IMG/VR virus record: IMGVR_UViG_3300026488_000238
Source of the DNA: an uncultured virus (IMG/VR IMGVR_UViG_3300026488_000238)
Taxonomy: Duplodnaviria; Heunggongvirae; Uroviricota; Caudoviricetes
Length of the DNA stretch: 64,000 nt
Direction: 5' to 3' (one strand)
Position numbers and translations under genes: made by a program. Under the pieces are notes generated by a model. It was not told the DNA's origin. It searched no databases and saw nothing but the letters and a program-made list of their open reading frames with translations. Position 1 is the first letter of the stretch, and every line of letters begins with the position of its first letter. This document shows, piece after piece, positions 30,021-42,931 of the stretch.

Positions 30021-30419
30021 TTAAAGCGATATTAGTTTTTTTGTGATTTCATCTACCATGTAGTCAAAACTATTATTATCCCATTTAATAATATCATCAG
30101 CGGTGATTTTAACGAGAAAGCTTTCGTTTTCATTAACTTTTGGTTGATTTTCCACATCACCAATAACAATCCAATCATCAGCAATTCGCCATGTCGGCTG
30201 GGCAAGAAGAATTGGCAGATCTAATAAAGCAGCTAAACTATTATAAATTCTAGCTTTACTTAATTCAGTTAGCGCAATAGTTTCAAGCATTTCTTTAATT
30301 GCTTTTTGTGGCCTTACATAATCACGAGCTATTATCTGTGCCTTTAAAATAATGGCATTCAGTGTGTCCATGTCTCGTGTTACTGGTACTTTGACAGTAA
30401 TAGAAATTTTTTTGTCCAT
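30021..30419 (-). CDS. Hypothetical protein
   Basis: 132 aa with AAAGGAGGTG RBS. Confidence 0.75.
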   Translation of the reverse strand: MDKKISITVKVPVTRDMDTLNAIILKAQIIARDYVRPQKAIKEMLETIALTELSKARIYNSLAALLDLPILLAQPTWRIADDWIVIGDVENQPKVNENESFLVKITADDIIKWDNNSFDYMVDEITKKLISL

Positions 30420-30568
30420 TAATAAGCACCTCCTTTATCAATAAAAATATGCGTTTTTTACAACGTTTACACTTTTTTTGCATATTGTAACATGTTAGCT
30501 GGTATATTTAGAATTCGATGTATATCAGTCGTAGACTAAAAAACTCAGCATAGGAGGTGAGTGATATT

Positions 30569-30667
30569 ATGTTGCATAAACTACAGGAGATGGCTAAGCG
30601 ATTAATGGAGCGCATAAATGAAGAAAAATTCAGAATTAACACACACAATAACAGTCAGATGAAGTAA
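30569..30667 (+). CDS. 32-aa small protein (MLHKLQEMAKRLMERINEEKFRINTHNNSQMK)
   Basis: Perfect AGGAGGTGA RBS before the ATG; not in the ORF track. Confidence 0.55.
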   Translation: MLHKLQEMAKRLMERINEEKFRINTHNNSQMK

Positions 30668-30711
30668 ATATGCTATAATGTGTAAAATTGCATAAAGGGG
30701 GGTGAAAGCAT

Positions 30712-30771
30712 ATGAGGGCATTATGGTGCCGCATTTTTCTTCACGCGTGGGCCGAGTTACTCATAAGATAA
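30712..30771 (+). CDS. 19-aa hydrophobic peptide (MRALWCRIFLHAWAELLIR)
   Basis: Own extended -10 (TGCTATAAT 30671), AAGGGGGGTGA RBS, and a terminator overlapping the stop. Confidence 0.5.
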   Translation: MRALWCRIFLHAWAELLIR

Positions 30772-30790
30772 TGGTGACTCGGCCTTTTTT
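30750..30790 (+). terminator. Rho-independent terminator
   Basis: GGCCGAGTTAC / GTGACTCGGCC 11-bp stem (one G-U pair) followed by T6. Confidence 0.85.
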
Positions 30791-30863
30791 GGTATTCAAA
30801 GCTGCCAAACTTTATTTGTTATAATTTATTGTGAAAGTCATTGTATCAAGGGAGGTAAGTTAT

Positions 30864-32621
30864 ATGGACATATCAAAATTGTCTCGTATTAGTTTAATTA
30901 TCATTTTCGTATTAATTGGGCTATTGTTTTTTACATCAACCCATGCTCCGGAGCGATATATCACACAAATGGGCGATGTTGTGCAAAAGATAAAAGATGG
31001 CGAAGAAGTTTATGTTTATAATGATCTCATAATGGTAGATAGATATAGACTACCATTAGACTCTTTGCCTGAATTACAAAAAATAGCTACACCGGGGCAG
31101 ATTTATATTGTTGGTACAAACAGCTTTGCATACGGCACTGTTAACTTAATTGTATATGCTATCTTTGCCACTTTACTTGTATTGTTTATTTTATCCCGTG
31201 TTGCAATAAGCTCTGGCAGTTCTCCGTTTAATTTTGCGCGTTTTCAGAGCAAAGATAAAACAAATATTCCCAAAATATCATTTAATGATGTTGCCGGAAT
31301 TGATAAAATTAAAAAAGAGATTACAGATATTGTTGATTTTCTTAAAAACCCTGAAAAATATGAGAAACTCGGGGCGCGTGTACCGCGTGGTGTGTTATTA
31401 GAAGGTCCTCCTGGTGTTGGAAAAACCTTAATAGCAAAAGCAATAGCACACGAAGCTAATGTGCCTTTTTATTTTGCGGCAGGAGCAGAATTTCAAGAGC
31501 TCTTTGTTGGTGTAGGTGCAGCAAGAATACGTGATCTTTTTAAACAAGCGAGAGACAATGCGCCGGCTATTATTTTTATTGATGAAATTGACACGTTAGG
31601 AATGCGTCGTGGTAGTCAAGGAGTACACGCAGAAGATAGTAAAACATTAACTCAATTATTGACAGAAATGGATGGCATTATAGATAGCAAAAAGCCTATT
31701 GTAGTAATTGGTGCCACAAACAGGGCAGATTTGTTAGACCCAGCATTGTTAAGGCCTAAGCGGTTTGATAAAATAATTCATGTGCCTTTGCCCGATAAAC
31801 CAGCGCGAAGGCAGATATTAGCAGTACATATTAAAAACAAGCCCATAGAAGGTAATGTTGACGAAATGCTAGATAAATTAGCCAGCATGACAACAGGCTT
31901 TAGCGGTGCTGACTTAGAAAATTTAATAAATGAAGCGGCATTAATTGCGGCCACTGAAGGAAAAGAAAAAATACAATGGCAACATCTTAAACAGGCATAT
32001 GATAAAATTACGATAGGAATAGGCACAGATAGACGTTTAGACGAAAACACGAAGCGCCGAGTTGCGTATCATGAAACGGGGCATGCAATAAATGCATGGA
32101 TTGTAGGAAAACATATTGATAGAATTTCAATTTTACCCTCCTCTCGTGCATTGGGATATGTTAGAACGCAAGAAGAAGAGGATAAATATATTATGACATT
32201 TTCCGATTTAATGAAGGAATTAATTATGTTATTAGGTGGCCGCGCAGCAGAGGAAATTTTCTTTGGTGAGCCGTCTACCGGTGCAGCAAATGATTTAGAG
32301 CGTGCGACAAAAATAGCAAAAGATATGGTACTAAAATACGGATTTTTTGATTTGGTGGTTTATGAAAATGAAGTTAATGCATGGTATTCTGAAAAATTAT
32401 TGCACAAACAAGATGTTGAAGAAATTGTTAAAAAGATTTTACAGAAAGCGATGCAAATAGCTAAAGATAATATTATTAAGCATAAAGAACGCTTCCAAGC
32501 AATTGCTGAATATGTATTAGTAAAAGAAATTGTAGAGGATAAAGAAATTCCAGATTTATTTAAAGACATTAATAGCGGAGGGTGTTGTGATGCCTTGGAT
32601 TGGCAAAAAATTATTAGCTAA
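30864..32621 (+). CDS. ftsH: ATP-dependent zinc metalloprotease FtsH
   Basis: Two N-terminal TMs, [34 protein letters not shown] zinc motif, STGAANDL. Start corrected to ATG 30864 by the GGAGGT RBS. Confidence 0.96.
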   Translation: MDISKLSRISLIIIFVLIGLLFFTSTHAPERYITQMGDVVQKIKDGEEVYVYNDLIMVDRYRLPLDSLPELQKIATPGQIYIVGTNSFAYGTVNLIVYAIFATLLVLFILSRVAISSGSSPFNFARFQSKDKTNIPKISFNDVAGIDKIKKEITDIVDFLKNPEKYEKLGARVPRGVLLEGPPGVGKTLIAKAIAHEANVPFYFAAGAEFQELFVGVGAARIRDLFKQARDNAPAIIFIDEIDTLGMRRGSQGVHAEDSKTLTQLLTEMDGIIDSKKPIVVIGATNRADLLDPALLRPKRFDKIIHVPLPDKPARRQILAVHIKNKPIEGNVDEMLDKLASMTTGFSGADLENLINEAALIAATEGKEKIQWQHLKQAYDKITIGIGTDRRLDENTKRRVAYHETGHAINAWIVGKHIDRISILPSSRALGYVRTQEEEDKYIMTFSDLMKELIMLLGGRAAEEIFFGEPSTGAANDLERATKIAKDMVLKYGFFDLVVYENEVNAWYSEKLLHKQDVEEIVKKILQKAMQIAKDNIIKHKERFQAIAEYVLVKEIVEDKEIPDLFKDINSGGCCDALDWQKIIS

Positions 32622-33021
32622 ACTATTAATTTTGCTTTTTGTTATGATATTTGCGACACAGCCATGCCATCGCGTACCTCATGCTGCTATTGATTATAAA
32701 ATAGTTGATAGATATATTGAAGGCTTTATTGAGTTTTATAATGGTGATGATGCTATCGATGTGCAAAAGTTAAAAGCTACTTTAATATTATCGGATGCTG
32801 ATGCACGATTTTTTTATTACAAAGGCATTAGCGATGAAACAAAGTGGTTTTATGCGCTGCCGGCAGTGAACAAAATTCCTGCTTGTGAAAAGAAAAAATT
32901 ATTTATGTTTCGCATCCCATTACCACAACCCGGCGAATATTTATTACAAGGTTGCATTTTATTAAATGATGACACATATTGCTTTAAGTATAATATAAAG
33001 TGGGAAAGCAATTTGCGCTAA
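32587..33021 (+). CDS. Exported hypothetical protein
   Basis: Overlaps the ftsH end; N-terminal hydrophobic signal. Confidence 0.7.
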   Translation: MMPWIGKKLLAKLLILLFVMIFATQPCHRVPHAAIDYKIVDRYIEGFIEFYNGDDAIDVQKLKATLILSDADARFFYYKGISDETKWFYALPAVNKIPACEKKKLFMFRIPLPQPGEYLLQGCILLNDDTYCFKYNIKWESNLR

Positions 33022-33034
33022 GGAGGCGTATATA

Positions 33035-33349
33035 ATGAAAGGAGAACAGATAATTCAAGCATTATCAGGTGTATTTGAGTCTAATATTGTTTCTAGTTTT
33101 AATATTTTGCCTGATAAAGAATATCAGGATTCACATGCACTTATTCGCACAGAGTGGCGAAAAAACGAATTATGTATGCATATCACAATTATTTTGGATG
33201 ACAATATTCTTTTTGATGAGTGCACAATAAGATCTTCTGATCCTGCATTCATGATGCGATTGCGAAAAAAGATGATTCAATTTTATGAAAAGAACGGAAT
33301 TGCAGTAAGACGGAAAAATACTGCGCAATTTGAAACAACATCATATTAA
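33035..33349 (+). CDS. Hypothetical protein
   Basis: 104 aa with AAGGAGG RBS. Confidence 0.75.
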   Translation: MKGEQIIQALSGVFESNIVSSFNILPDKEYQDSHALIRTEWRKNELCMHITIILDDNILFDECTIRSSDPAFMMRLRKKMIQFYEKNGIAVRRKNTAQFETTSY

Positions 33350-33367
33350 GGAGGTGTCATAAACACT

Positions 33368-35095
33368 ATGAAAAATAAACATATTATTGCGATTATCTTA
33401 ATTGTTGGTTTTGTTTTAGCTTTGTGGCTAGGTGTAGGAACAAAAAATAATTCTGTGCCAAGTAACAATGATACGCCGTCGCAAGATACTCAGCCACAGA
33501 TAACGCATGAATTACGCACATACATTATAGAAAATCGCGGCAGTACTATTACTCTTAACGGAGAAGTATATAAAACAAACAGTAAATTAATTTTCGCTAA
33601 AGGATTCAAAGATTCGCAGCCATTCATTGTTTATGTAAAAGATAGAAAGCTTTATGCAGGTTTATTGGGCGAAGAAGTGGTAACGGCATCAGATGTAGAT
33701 CCTGTTTACCTTTCTAACCCATGGATAATCGTGCGGGGGAAAGATGAAAATTCTTTTGCTATTATAGGAACGATGAATAATCATTTCATTTTGGTGAATA
33801 ATCGTAAGCCAACTTTCGCATATTATGGCGCTTGTTGTAATTCTACTCGATATACACGCATACAAGCAACAGCAGATTCTGTTTGGTATACTCTTGACGG
33901 ATATATATATGAAATAACATACGACGGAACTGTTTTGCATAAAATACGCACAGATTTGTCAGATTCTATTATTTCTTTCTATGCATCGCAGAAATATGTA
34001 GCAGTAATTTATCCAGAAAAAGTGGAATTTTATTCACTAGATGGCGAATTAAAGAAAGATTATAAAGGAAAGAAACTATTTAAAAATCCGCAATATGAAT
34101 ACAGCCCAATTTATTCTGTTACGCAATTTGGGCTAGCTATGCCAATCCGTGATGGTAAATATATTAAAGTGGTTACTCTAAATGATGAAGGGTTGCATGA
34201 ATATTCAATAAAAGTAAATGCAACAGAAATTGATAATTCAATAACGAAAATTTATTATAATGGCAAAATAATAGGAATTCACATTATACCTTTAAAGAAA
34301 ATTAGTAATATCGTTTATGTATTTGATACTAGCGGCAAATTATTGATAAAACTAAGAGGAGCAAATATTGAGGGTATTACTGAGAATAAATTATTTATAC
34401 ACGCGACAAAAGAAAATGAAAAGATAATATTTATGGCGAATGATAATGGCGCTATTTCAAAACAATCCTTTAAACTTGGCAATGATTCACTATTCTACAC
34501 ACAAGTTGGCGATAGTATTGGCTTTTATTGGAATAATAAAAAGCTAATTCCACAATTGATTTCCATTAATCAACATATAGATAATATTGTTGCTGTAAAC
34601 ACTTACGATAATGAAGGAGTAAAATTTTATCATACAGATGCTTTATATACTGACAGCGGCCAATTAGCGCTTATGCAAATTAATAATATCCATGGTCTTA
34701 CGTTTATTTATGCAATTTATCCTGACGGTAAAATTGAAAAATGGCTTGATGGAGAAACAGATAACGTAGTAATGAGTTATACACATCCTTACACTTATGC
34801 AATAGATAATGCCGGGACAGAATTGCGCACAATAGATGGCTATTCCGTTGTAAAACACGAAGATGGATCATGGACAGTTGCAAAAGTGGGAAAAGATAAG
34901 GCTGCAGTGTTATTGTTTACAAACAGCAGCGGAACGACGTATGCATTGCTAGTGCGAGGCAATAAAGTATTAAAATCTACACAATCATTTGTATATTGTC
35001 TATATGCTGATAAATATGGTATTTATACGCAAACTGGGATTAATGAACTATTTCCTATTTTTATGGGCTACGGTTACGTTACTGTGCGCAAGTGA
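33368..35095 (+). CDS. Membrane-anchored beta-rich (probable beta-propeller) protein
   Basis: N-terminal TM; repeated short strands ending D-x-x-G-K (YSLDGE, FDTSGK, YPDGK). Confidence 0.7.
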   Translation: MKNKHIIAIILIVGFVLALWLGVGTKNNSVPSNNDTPSQDTQPQITHELRTYIIENRGSTITLNGEVYKTNSKLIFAKGFKDSQPFIVYVKDRKLYAGLLGEEVVTASDVDPVYLSNPWIIVRGKDENSFAIIGTMNNHFILVNNRKPTFAYYGACCNSTRYTRIQATADSVWYTLDGYIYEITYDGTVLHKIRTDLSDSIISFYASQKYVAVIYPEKVEFYSLDGELKKDYKGKKLFKNPQYEYSPIYSVTQFGLAMPIRDGKYIKVVTLNDEGLHEYSIKVNATEIDNSITKIYYNGKIIGIHIIPLKKISNIVYVFDTSGKLLIKLRGANIEGITENKLFIHATKENEKIIFMANDNGAISKQSFKLGNDSLFYTQVGDSIGFYWNNKKLIPQLISINQHIDNIVAVNTYDNEGVKFYHTDALYTDSGQLALMQINNIHGLTFIYAIYPDGKIEKWLDGETDNVVMSYTHPYTYAIDNAGTELRTIDGYSVVKHEDGSWTVAKVGKDKAAVLLFTNSSGTTYALLVRGNKVLKSTQSFVYCLYADKYGIYTQTGINELFPIFMGYGYVTVRK

Positions 35096-35335
35096 CATAA
35101 ATTTGCATTTTTGTGACATGTTTTTGTGCTATATTTATATTGTGAGGAAAAAAACGGCTGAAGCAAAATTAGACAAAAACGGAGTTATTAGCCTCATGCT
35201 AACACGAGCAACCACTTTTGTATTCTTTCCCATATGCAAAATGTGTAATTTTAATGCTATTGAAATTAATGAGGAGGTGATAAGCCGTCAAACAAGCCAG
35301 CACTGGAAAACGACTCAGAAAGGAGCTGGTAATGT

Positions 35336-35815
35336 ATGGTAATCTTTGAAAAAGCAGTAGATGAAATTTATGGTAAGTATTTTATGATTCAAATTAAACT
35401 AATTAGATCGCTGCACGAAGATGGCTGGCACACACACGCTTATTTAGTGAAATTCTACAAAATTGAAAACGGTTATTTGTCCTTTATTACACAATTAGCA
35501 TATCCTGCCACAAATAAAAGAACATATACGCCTCATAATCTTGTTTCACTTACTGAGACCTTGTTGCGCGCAGTAAATTACTCAGCAGAAGTTTATCGTA
35601 TTCGCAATAACATTTATATTAACAACAAAATAATTCCAAAAAAAGTGGTATGGTTAGAAAGTTGGCTTAAAAATAGTCAGTTATCAGAAATGTGGAATAA
35701 ATATTTGCATTTTTTGGAGGAAGCAATAGATCAGCCAAATATTCCAAGATGGGAATTAAATGCGGCAACAAGCGCATATATTCGTGTTCCTATTGCTGCG
35801 ACGATATTGCCTTAA
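35336..35815 (+). CDS. Hypothetical protein
   Basis: 159 aa with AAAGGAG RBS. Confidence 0.7.
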   Translation: MVIFEKAVDEIYGKYFMIQIKLIRSLHEDGWHTHAYLVKFYKIENGYLSFITQLAYPATNKRTYTPHNLVSLTETLLRAVNYSAEVYRIRNNIYINNKIIPKKVVWLESWLKNSQLSEMWNKYLHFLEEAIDQPNIPRWELNAATSAYIRVPIAATILP

Positions 35816-35824
35816 TACAAAAAC

Positions 35825-36121
35825 TTATTTTTTGTTATCCTTTGCCTGTATAGTATCGCGAAAAACACATGGATATTTTTGCACTATCTCACCAACAAAT
35901 TTTACAAGATCAAGGGGATAATATATGCGCCTTTTAGTATTATCACTAGGCAAAACAAGCCGAAAATACATTTCCGGCAAATTTTTTGATTTGGGTATAA
36001 TGCCAAAATATTTAGCTATTTTTAGTCTTAAACGATTGATGTATCTATGTTTAGGATTGAGGCGAAAATAAAGAATACCTTTAACTTTATCGGTAATATC
36101 TTCGCCATTTAATACTGCCAT
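35825..36121 (-). CDS. Hypothetical protein, possibly the 3' part of a frameshifted gene
   Basis: 98-aa ORF with no RBS of its own; its frame stays open 33 codons upstream; the RBS lies at ~36297-36306 in front of a different frame. Confidence 0.5.
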   Translation of the reverse strand: MAVLNGEDITDKVKGILYFRLNPKHRYINRLRLKIAKYFGIIPKSKNLPEMYFRLVLPSDNTKRRIYYPLDLVKFVGEIVQKYPCVFRDTIQAKDNKK

Positions 36122-36415
36122 GAATAAAAATTCATAATATGCCTTTTCAGATGAAGTTTCTGGATTTGTATTGTCAGGCGCATCAGGAGAATGCGGATAT
36201 AACCTCGGCCGATTTGATTTCTATTAACCCAATATTTTCTACTATTGTCATTGCCATTGTTTTGCCTTCATAATGCTTGTATTTGTTTTTTATTTCTCAC
36301 CCCCTTAACAGTTAAATTATATCATGTTAAACAATATTTTTTGATGTTAGTACTGATCATATACACTATAATTAACATGTAAATATTTCTACATACAAAG
36401 GAGGGATAAATTATT

Positions 36416-37711
36416 ATGCGAAAAAAATGGGTAATTATGCTAATCGGAGTATTAGTATTATCGTTTGTGCTTGTGGGTTGTGGAGGGCCAAGACAAGTAT
36501 CTAACGTAGTAAAACCAAAGCCGAAGCCAACATTATACAAAGAATTTAGCTTTGCTGACAAATATATTCCGGCAGATGTATATGCATTTGGATTTGTTAG
36601 AGCTGAAAAGGCTGACGCAGTAGAATTTACACGAGTTATGAATATTATCAGCGCAGAGGAAGCGTCAAATACTCTAGAAGGCGCTTATTTCGTTATCGGA
36701 TTTACAAAAGACCAATTTGACCAAGCAAAGAAAGAGCCAGGCAAATCGGCAATGGAAAATGCTTTCATAACAGGAAAGATTATCTTTGACAAAGAGCTAA
36801 CAGACAATGAAAAAGATAAAGTATTAGCTTCTATTTTAGGCGATGGATATGAAAAGCAAGATCAGACATATGTTTCTGCTGATGGTAGTAAGATTGCTAT
36901 AATTGAGAAAAATGTAATCATTTACGGCACGCGTCCTGGTGACAAAATAGAAAAAGGTATTACTAGCAATGCTGATTTCAAAAAATATGTAAATAAAGGA
37001 TACAAGATCGGTCTTATTACGCCAGATAATCAGGTACTTGGTTCATTTACATTAAATAAAGGAAATTTCCAGCTTTACGTAAGCGCCACTGGTAAAAATG
37101 TGCAAGATTTATTAAAACAAGAATTTGGTATGCGTTCTGTTTACTTGTTAAAAAACGAAAACGCCATGGTAGCCATTTCTTTACCGTTTGCTAAATATAT
37201 GATAGACAAATCAGTAGAAAATGGCGTTAAAGAATTTCAAGAATTTCAAATCTTTTTAACACCATTTGAAAAAGTTAATGATTCTTACTTATCTGTGTCA
37301 GCTATTGTAAAAGATATTAAAAATTGGCAAAAAGATACACAATTTCTTATGGCAATAAAAGCAGATAAACTCGATACTATTAAGGCACTTGAAGGCATGC
37401 TTGGTATTAAAGTAGAGAAGGAGAAAGAGTGGTATAACATGGGCGGCGCGTGGACTTATGTAGAATACAAAGACAACAATACTGCTTTATATAGTGGAGC
37501 AACAACAGCTGACAAGCCATCAAAAGCGCCATCGTATTATGTAAAGAAATTTAATAAGCCTTTATACTTTGTTTTACACTTGAATAACAAAGGCATAAAA
37601 ATTGATGACGAAACCACAGCTGATGTAAACATGGAAGGCAATATGTATAAAGATGGAGATAAACTATCATTTACGCTTGATATTAAATACGCTTTTAATC
37701 AGGCAAAATAA
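36416..37711 (+). CDS. Lipoprotein
   Basis: MRKK, hydrophobic core and lipobox LVG|C; AAAGGAGG RBS. Confidence 0.85.
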   Translation: MRKKWVIMLIGVLVLSFVLVGCGGPRQVSNVVKPKPKPTLYKEFSFADKYIPADVYAFGFVRAEKADAVEFTRVMNIISAEEASNTLEGAYFVIGFTKDQFDQAKKEPGKSAMENAFITGKIIFDKELTDNEKDKVLASILGDGYEKQDQTYVSADGSKIAIIEKNVIIYGTRPGDKIEKGITSNADFKKYVNKGYKIGLITPDNQVLGSFTLNKGNFQLYVSATGKNVQDLLKQEFGMRSVYLLKNENAMVAISLPFAKYMIDKSVENGVKEFQEFQIFLTPFEKVNDSYLSVSAIVKDIKNWQKDTQFLMAIKADKLDTIKALEGMLGIKVEKEKEWYNMGGAWTYVEYKDNNTALYSGATTADKPSKAPSYYVKKFNKPLYFVLHLNNKGIKIDDETTADVNMEGNMYKDGDKLSFTLDIKYAFNQAK

Positions 37712-37758
37712 CAATATTTTTGCGTTTTTGTTATCCTTTTTAAAAAGGGGGGATAAAA

Positions 37759-39090
37759 TTGACTAGACAAATTAAGATAATATTAATGCTGCTGTTAATT
37801 CTTTTGATAACTATGCAATACGTATGGCCTGTGCTTGCAGAATATGTGCCTGCTGCGTGCCCGGTAACAGATTTTATTAAGGATATAAGAAAAATAACTT
37901 TCACAGCATATACTCCTAATGCAGCGATAGCAAGAATAGAATTAATGGATAATATAACAGCAAGTATTACAATGCGATATGGATCTTGTACACGACACTG
38001 GACACAAGAACAAAAATTAGCTTATTATATGTGCGACAACGGACGCTGGCCAGACGATAACCGGGCTTATCTTATAATAGACACTTATTATCATGGTCAG
38101 TTGTTAGCCCACAAAAAGTACATCCAATGGATTCCCGCCCCAGATTCGATAAAGGCATGGCAGACGACAAGATTGACTACTTATAGCAGTACATATCATG
38201 CCACACAGGGACAATTGATATATCGTGGTCTCGTAAAACCGTCATTTTTAGCAGCAACAGGACAATGTAATAACTATCATATTAGGTACATTAATGATTT
38301 ACTCACATCAGATCTGCGTTTTAATGTACAATGGTTTAATAATACATCTCCACCATCCTGCTTTTATTCATCAAGTCCTGGCATTTGGAGTAGAATAGGC
38401 AGCTATGATGTTACCGATGAACATCATATGACACATTCTGGTCATGGATGGTATGCTCCGTTATATTACTATGAATTTCCCTACAGTTTCGATGTTACAA
38501 CTAATAATCATTATGTTACAATATCGACCAGATTATCACAATATCAGGGGCATGCTTGCTTTTGTGCTGCACCATATATTGTTCGTAGCCCTTACAACAA
38601 TAAATTAGGACCAACCAAATGGTGGCGTGGGTCTGCATATACGTATACATTCAACATGCCAGCCACTTTTTCTTCCTTATTAACGGCTTATGTATCATGG
38701 GACTGGATTATAACTACTGCCCGCAACTTGGCTTATGTTGGAACAAACAATTGGCAAGATGGTTTAGATTATATTGCAACACATTATGATCCTGAAATAT
38801 ATCTTTATGGTTACACGCCGTATATTCCAATTGAGATTAATAATACCGAAATTCTTTTCAAACCCAACCGCACCGACAATGATTTCCATCATTTTGTATC
38901 ACCATACATTTTAGAGGTTTGGAATGTTGATAAAACAAAAAAAGTGGCTATGATAGACAGTGTTATTACTGATGAAAATACAATCTCACATATAAAGCTT
39001 TCACAGGGAACATATTGGCTGCATTTATTACACAACGCGTACTCGACCCATAACGAAGTAGAAATTTGGCGCAAAATTACTATACGCTAA
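37759..39090 (+). CDS. Secreted Tyr/Trp/His/Cys-rich beta protein (adhesin-like)
   Basis: Signal peptide ending VLA|E; aromatic, Thr and Cys-rich composition. Confidence 0.75.
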   Translation: MTRQIKIILMLLLILLITMQYVWPVLAEYVPAACPVTDFIKDIRKITFTAYTPNAAIARIELMDNITASITMRYGSCTRHWTQEQKLAYYMCDNGRWPDDNRAYLIIDTYYHGQLLAHKKYIQWIPAPDSIKAWQTTRLTTYSSTYHATQGQLIYRGLVKPSFLAATGQCNNYHIRYINDLLTSDLRFNVQWFNNTSPPSCFYSSSPGIWSRIGSYDVTDEHHMTHSGHGWYAPLYYYEFPYSFDVTTNNHYVTISTRLSQYQGHACFCAAPYIVRSPYNNKLGPTKWWRGSAYTYTFNMPATFSSLLTAYVSWDWIITTARNLAYVGTNNWQDGLDYIATHYDPEIYLYGYTPYIPIEINNTEILFKPNRTDNDFHHFVSPYILEVWNVDKTKKVAMIDSVITDENTISHIKLSQGTYWLHLLHNAYSTHNEVEIWRKITIR

Positions 39091-39142
39091 GCCGTCTCCA
39101 CATGTTATAATTTATCAAGAACAGATTGCAAGCGAGAGGTGA

Positions 39143-41332
<2,190 letters not shown>

Positions 41333-41381
41333 ACTTCTCTTTAAAATTGCTATTATTTTTGTAAAAGGAGGGGATGTAAAC

Positions 41382-41867
41382 ATGAACGTTTTCAAGAAAA
41401 TGAAACAAAATTCTTTAAAAAGGCGCGCAAAAATGTATACCGAGATGTTGAAAGACACCCCATTAGTTGTGGAATACAAAGAAGATACTAATCAATTTCG
41501 TGTTATTGGGGTAGATGGCACTGTTGTTGCAGCTATTGATGCAAACAATAAAGATCAGGTGTGGAATCTTGAGGCCTCTATTGCAATGACATCGCTTAAG
41601 ACAACAAAACCAATTGTATTAAAGAGACTTATAGGCTCTGCTATTGGTGCGCTTGGCTCCATATATTTGTTGGGAATTATTAATCCATTGCTTGCCGTTG
41701 CAGGCTCTGTCGGATTTGCAGCATATGGGGCAAAAGAAGCTGTGCGCGGTTATTCTATGATAGACGTAGCATTTAAACACCGTGACGAGAATGTTATATT
41801 CCAAAAAATGAAAGAATATCTTGAACAACACCCATTATTAAGCGAACAATTCCAAGCTGCTAAATAA
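41382..41867 (+). CDS. Small membrane protein with Gly/Ala-rich hydrophobic hairpin
   Basis: LIGSAIGALGSIYLLGIINPLLAVAGSVGFAAYG segment; strong RBS. Confidence 0.75.
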   Translation: MNVFKKMKQNSLKRRAKMYTEMLKDTPLVVEYKEDTNQFRVIGVDGTVVAAIDANNKDQVWNLEASIAMTSLKTTKPIVLKRLIGSAIGALGSIYLLGIINPLLAVAGSVGFAAYGAKEAVRGYSMIDVAFKHRDENVIFQKMKEYLEQHPLLSEQFQAAK

Positions 41868-41951
41868 TAAAAAGCTTTTTTGTTTATATGTTTTTTGATG
41901 ATATTAGACTAATTCTGCGTGATATAATTATAGAGAAAAGGGGGGGTTATT

Positions 41952-42740
41952 TTGCTATACTTTGCAGATCTTTATATTGTTAATAAAACAAAGAACAACT
42001 TTGATTATGTGCACGAATCCATTTCTATTCTTATTTATTTTGGTGCAAACCGGCAGGATAACGAAGTTAATTATAGTTTTATCGTTCAGAACGGTAGAAA
42101 TGGCAAATTTTGTGCAGGAATTAATAAGGTTTTAGAATGCGCATGGAGTGAAGAAGTGAAAAAATTAATCAAAGAGTTTTATTACAATGCAATTGTTGGA
42201 TATATTGATGGAAAGCATTATACTGTTGGAACACCAGAACATCGTAAATTTAATGGCAATACTTATTATGGCTTTCTTACATTGGGCGGCGTAAAAGAAC
42301 AACATAATATTAGCTTTACTGCTTATCGCGGTGGAGATGTAGATGGATATTGGTTTTCTTTAAAAAAGGAAATCTCCGCAAATTATGCCGATGATGAATT
42401 GCTCGTGGCCGATATCGCAGCAAAAAGGGCTATTTATATTGATGTTAACGCGTCTGACCATACTGTGCAATTTTGGCGCATTAGATATGGTGAGGATAGC
42501 CTTATTAGTTTATTGAAAAACAATGGCTTTGTTGAAGGTAGAGATTTCGCTATAGAATCAACACTTGAATTAGGCGCTGATGCCACATATTTCGTTGATG
42601 CAGCTGTCGCAAGCTTGTTTCGCGATTATGATATAATTGTATGGGATAATGTTGATATTCAGGTTATTGACAAAAAAGTCGTAACAAACTTGCGCACTAT
42701 GGAGGTGCCAAAAGATACGATATTTTTCAGGACTTTTTAA
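41952..42740 (+). CDS. Hypothetical protein
   Basis: 262 aa, TTG start, G-rich RBS, upstream TGATATAAT. Confidence 0.75.
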   Translation: MLYFADLYIVNKTKNNFDYVHESISILIYFGANRQDNEVNYSFIVQNGRNGKFCAGINKVLECAWSEEVKKLIKEFYYNAIVGYIDGKHYTVGTPEHRKFNGNTYYGFLTLGGVKEQHNISFTAYRGGDVDGYWFSLKKEISANYADDELLVADIAAKRAIYIDVNASDHTVQFWRIRYGEDSLISLLKNNGFVEGRDFAIESTLELGADATYFVDAAVASLFRDYDIIVWDNVDIQVIDKKVVTNLRTMEVPKDTIFFRTF

Positions 42741-42931
42741 ACTGACAGAAAGAGATTTCTGTGATTTCATATAGCAAATACACGCTTATGACGACATGAT
42801 ATGTTCTAATAATGACTTACCAAGGAAAAAGTTAATTGAATATAGGGCAGAGAAAGATAATAAAAATAATAAATCATTACAGAGCTAACAATAAGCGGTA
42901 TACTTTATTAAATAGAGAGGTGAGTAGCCAA

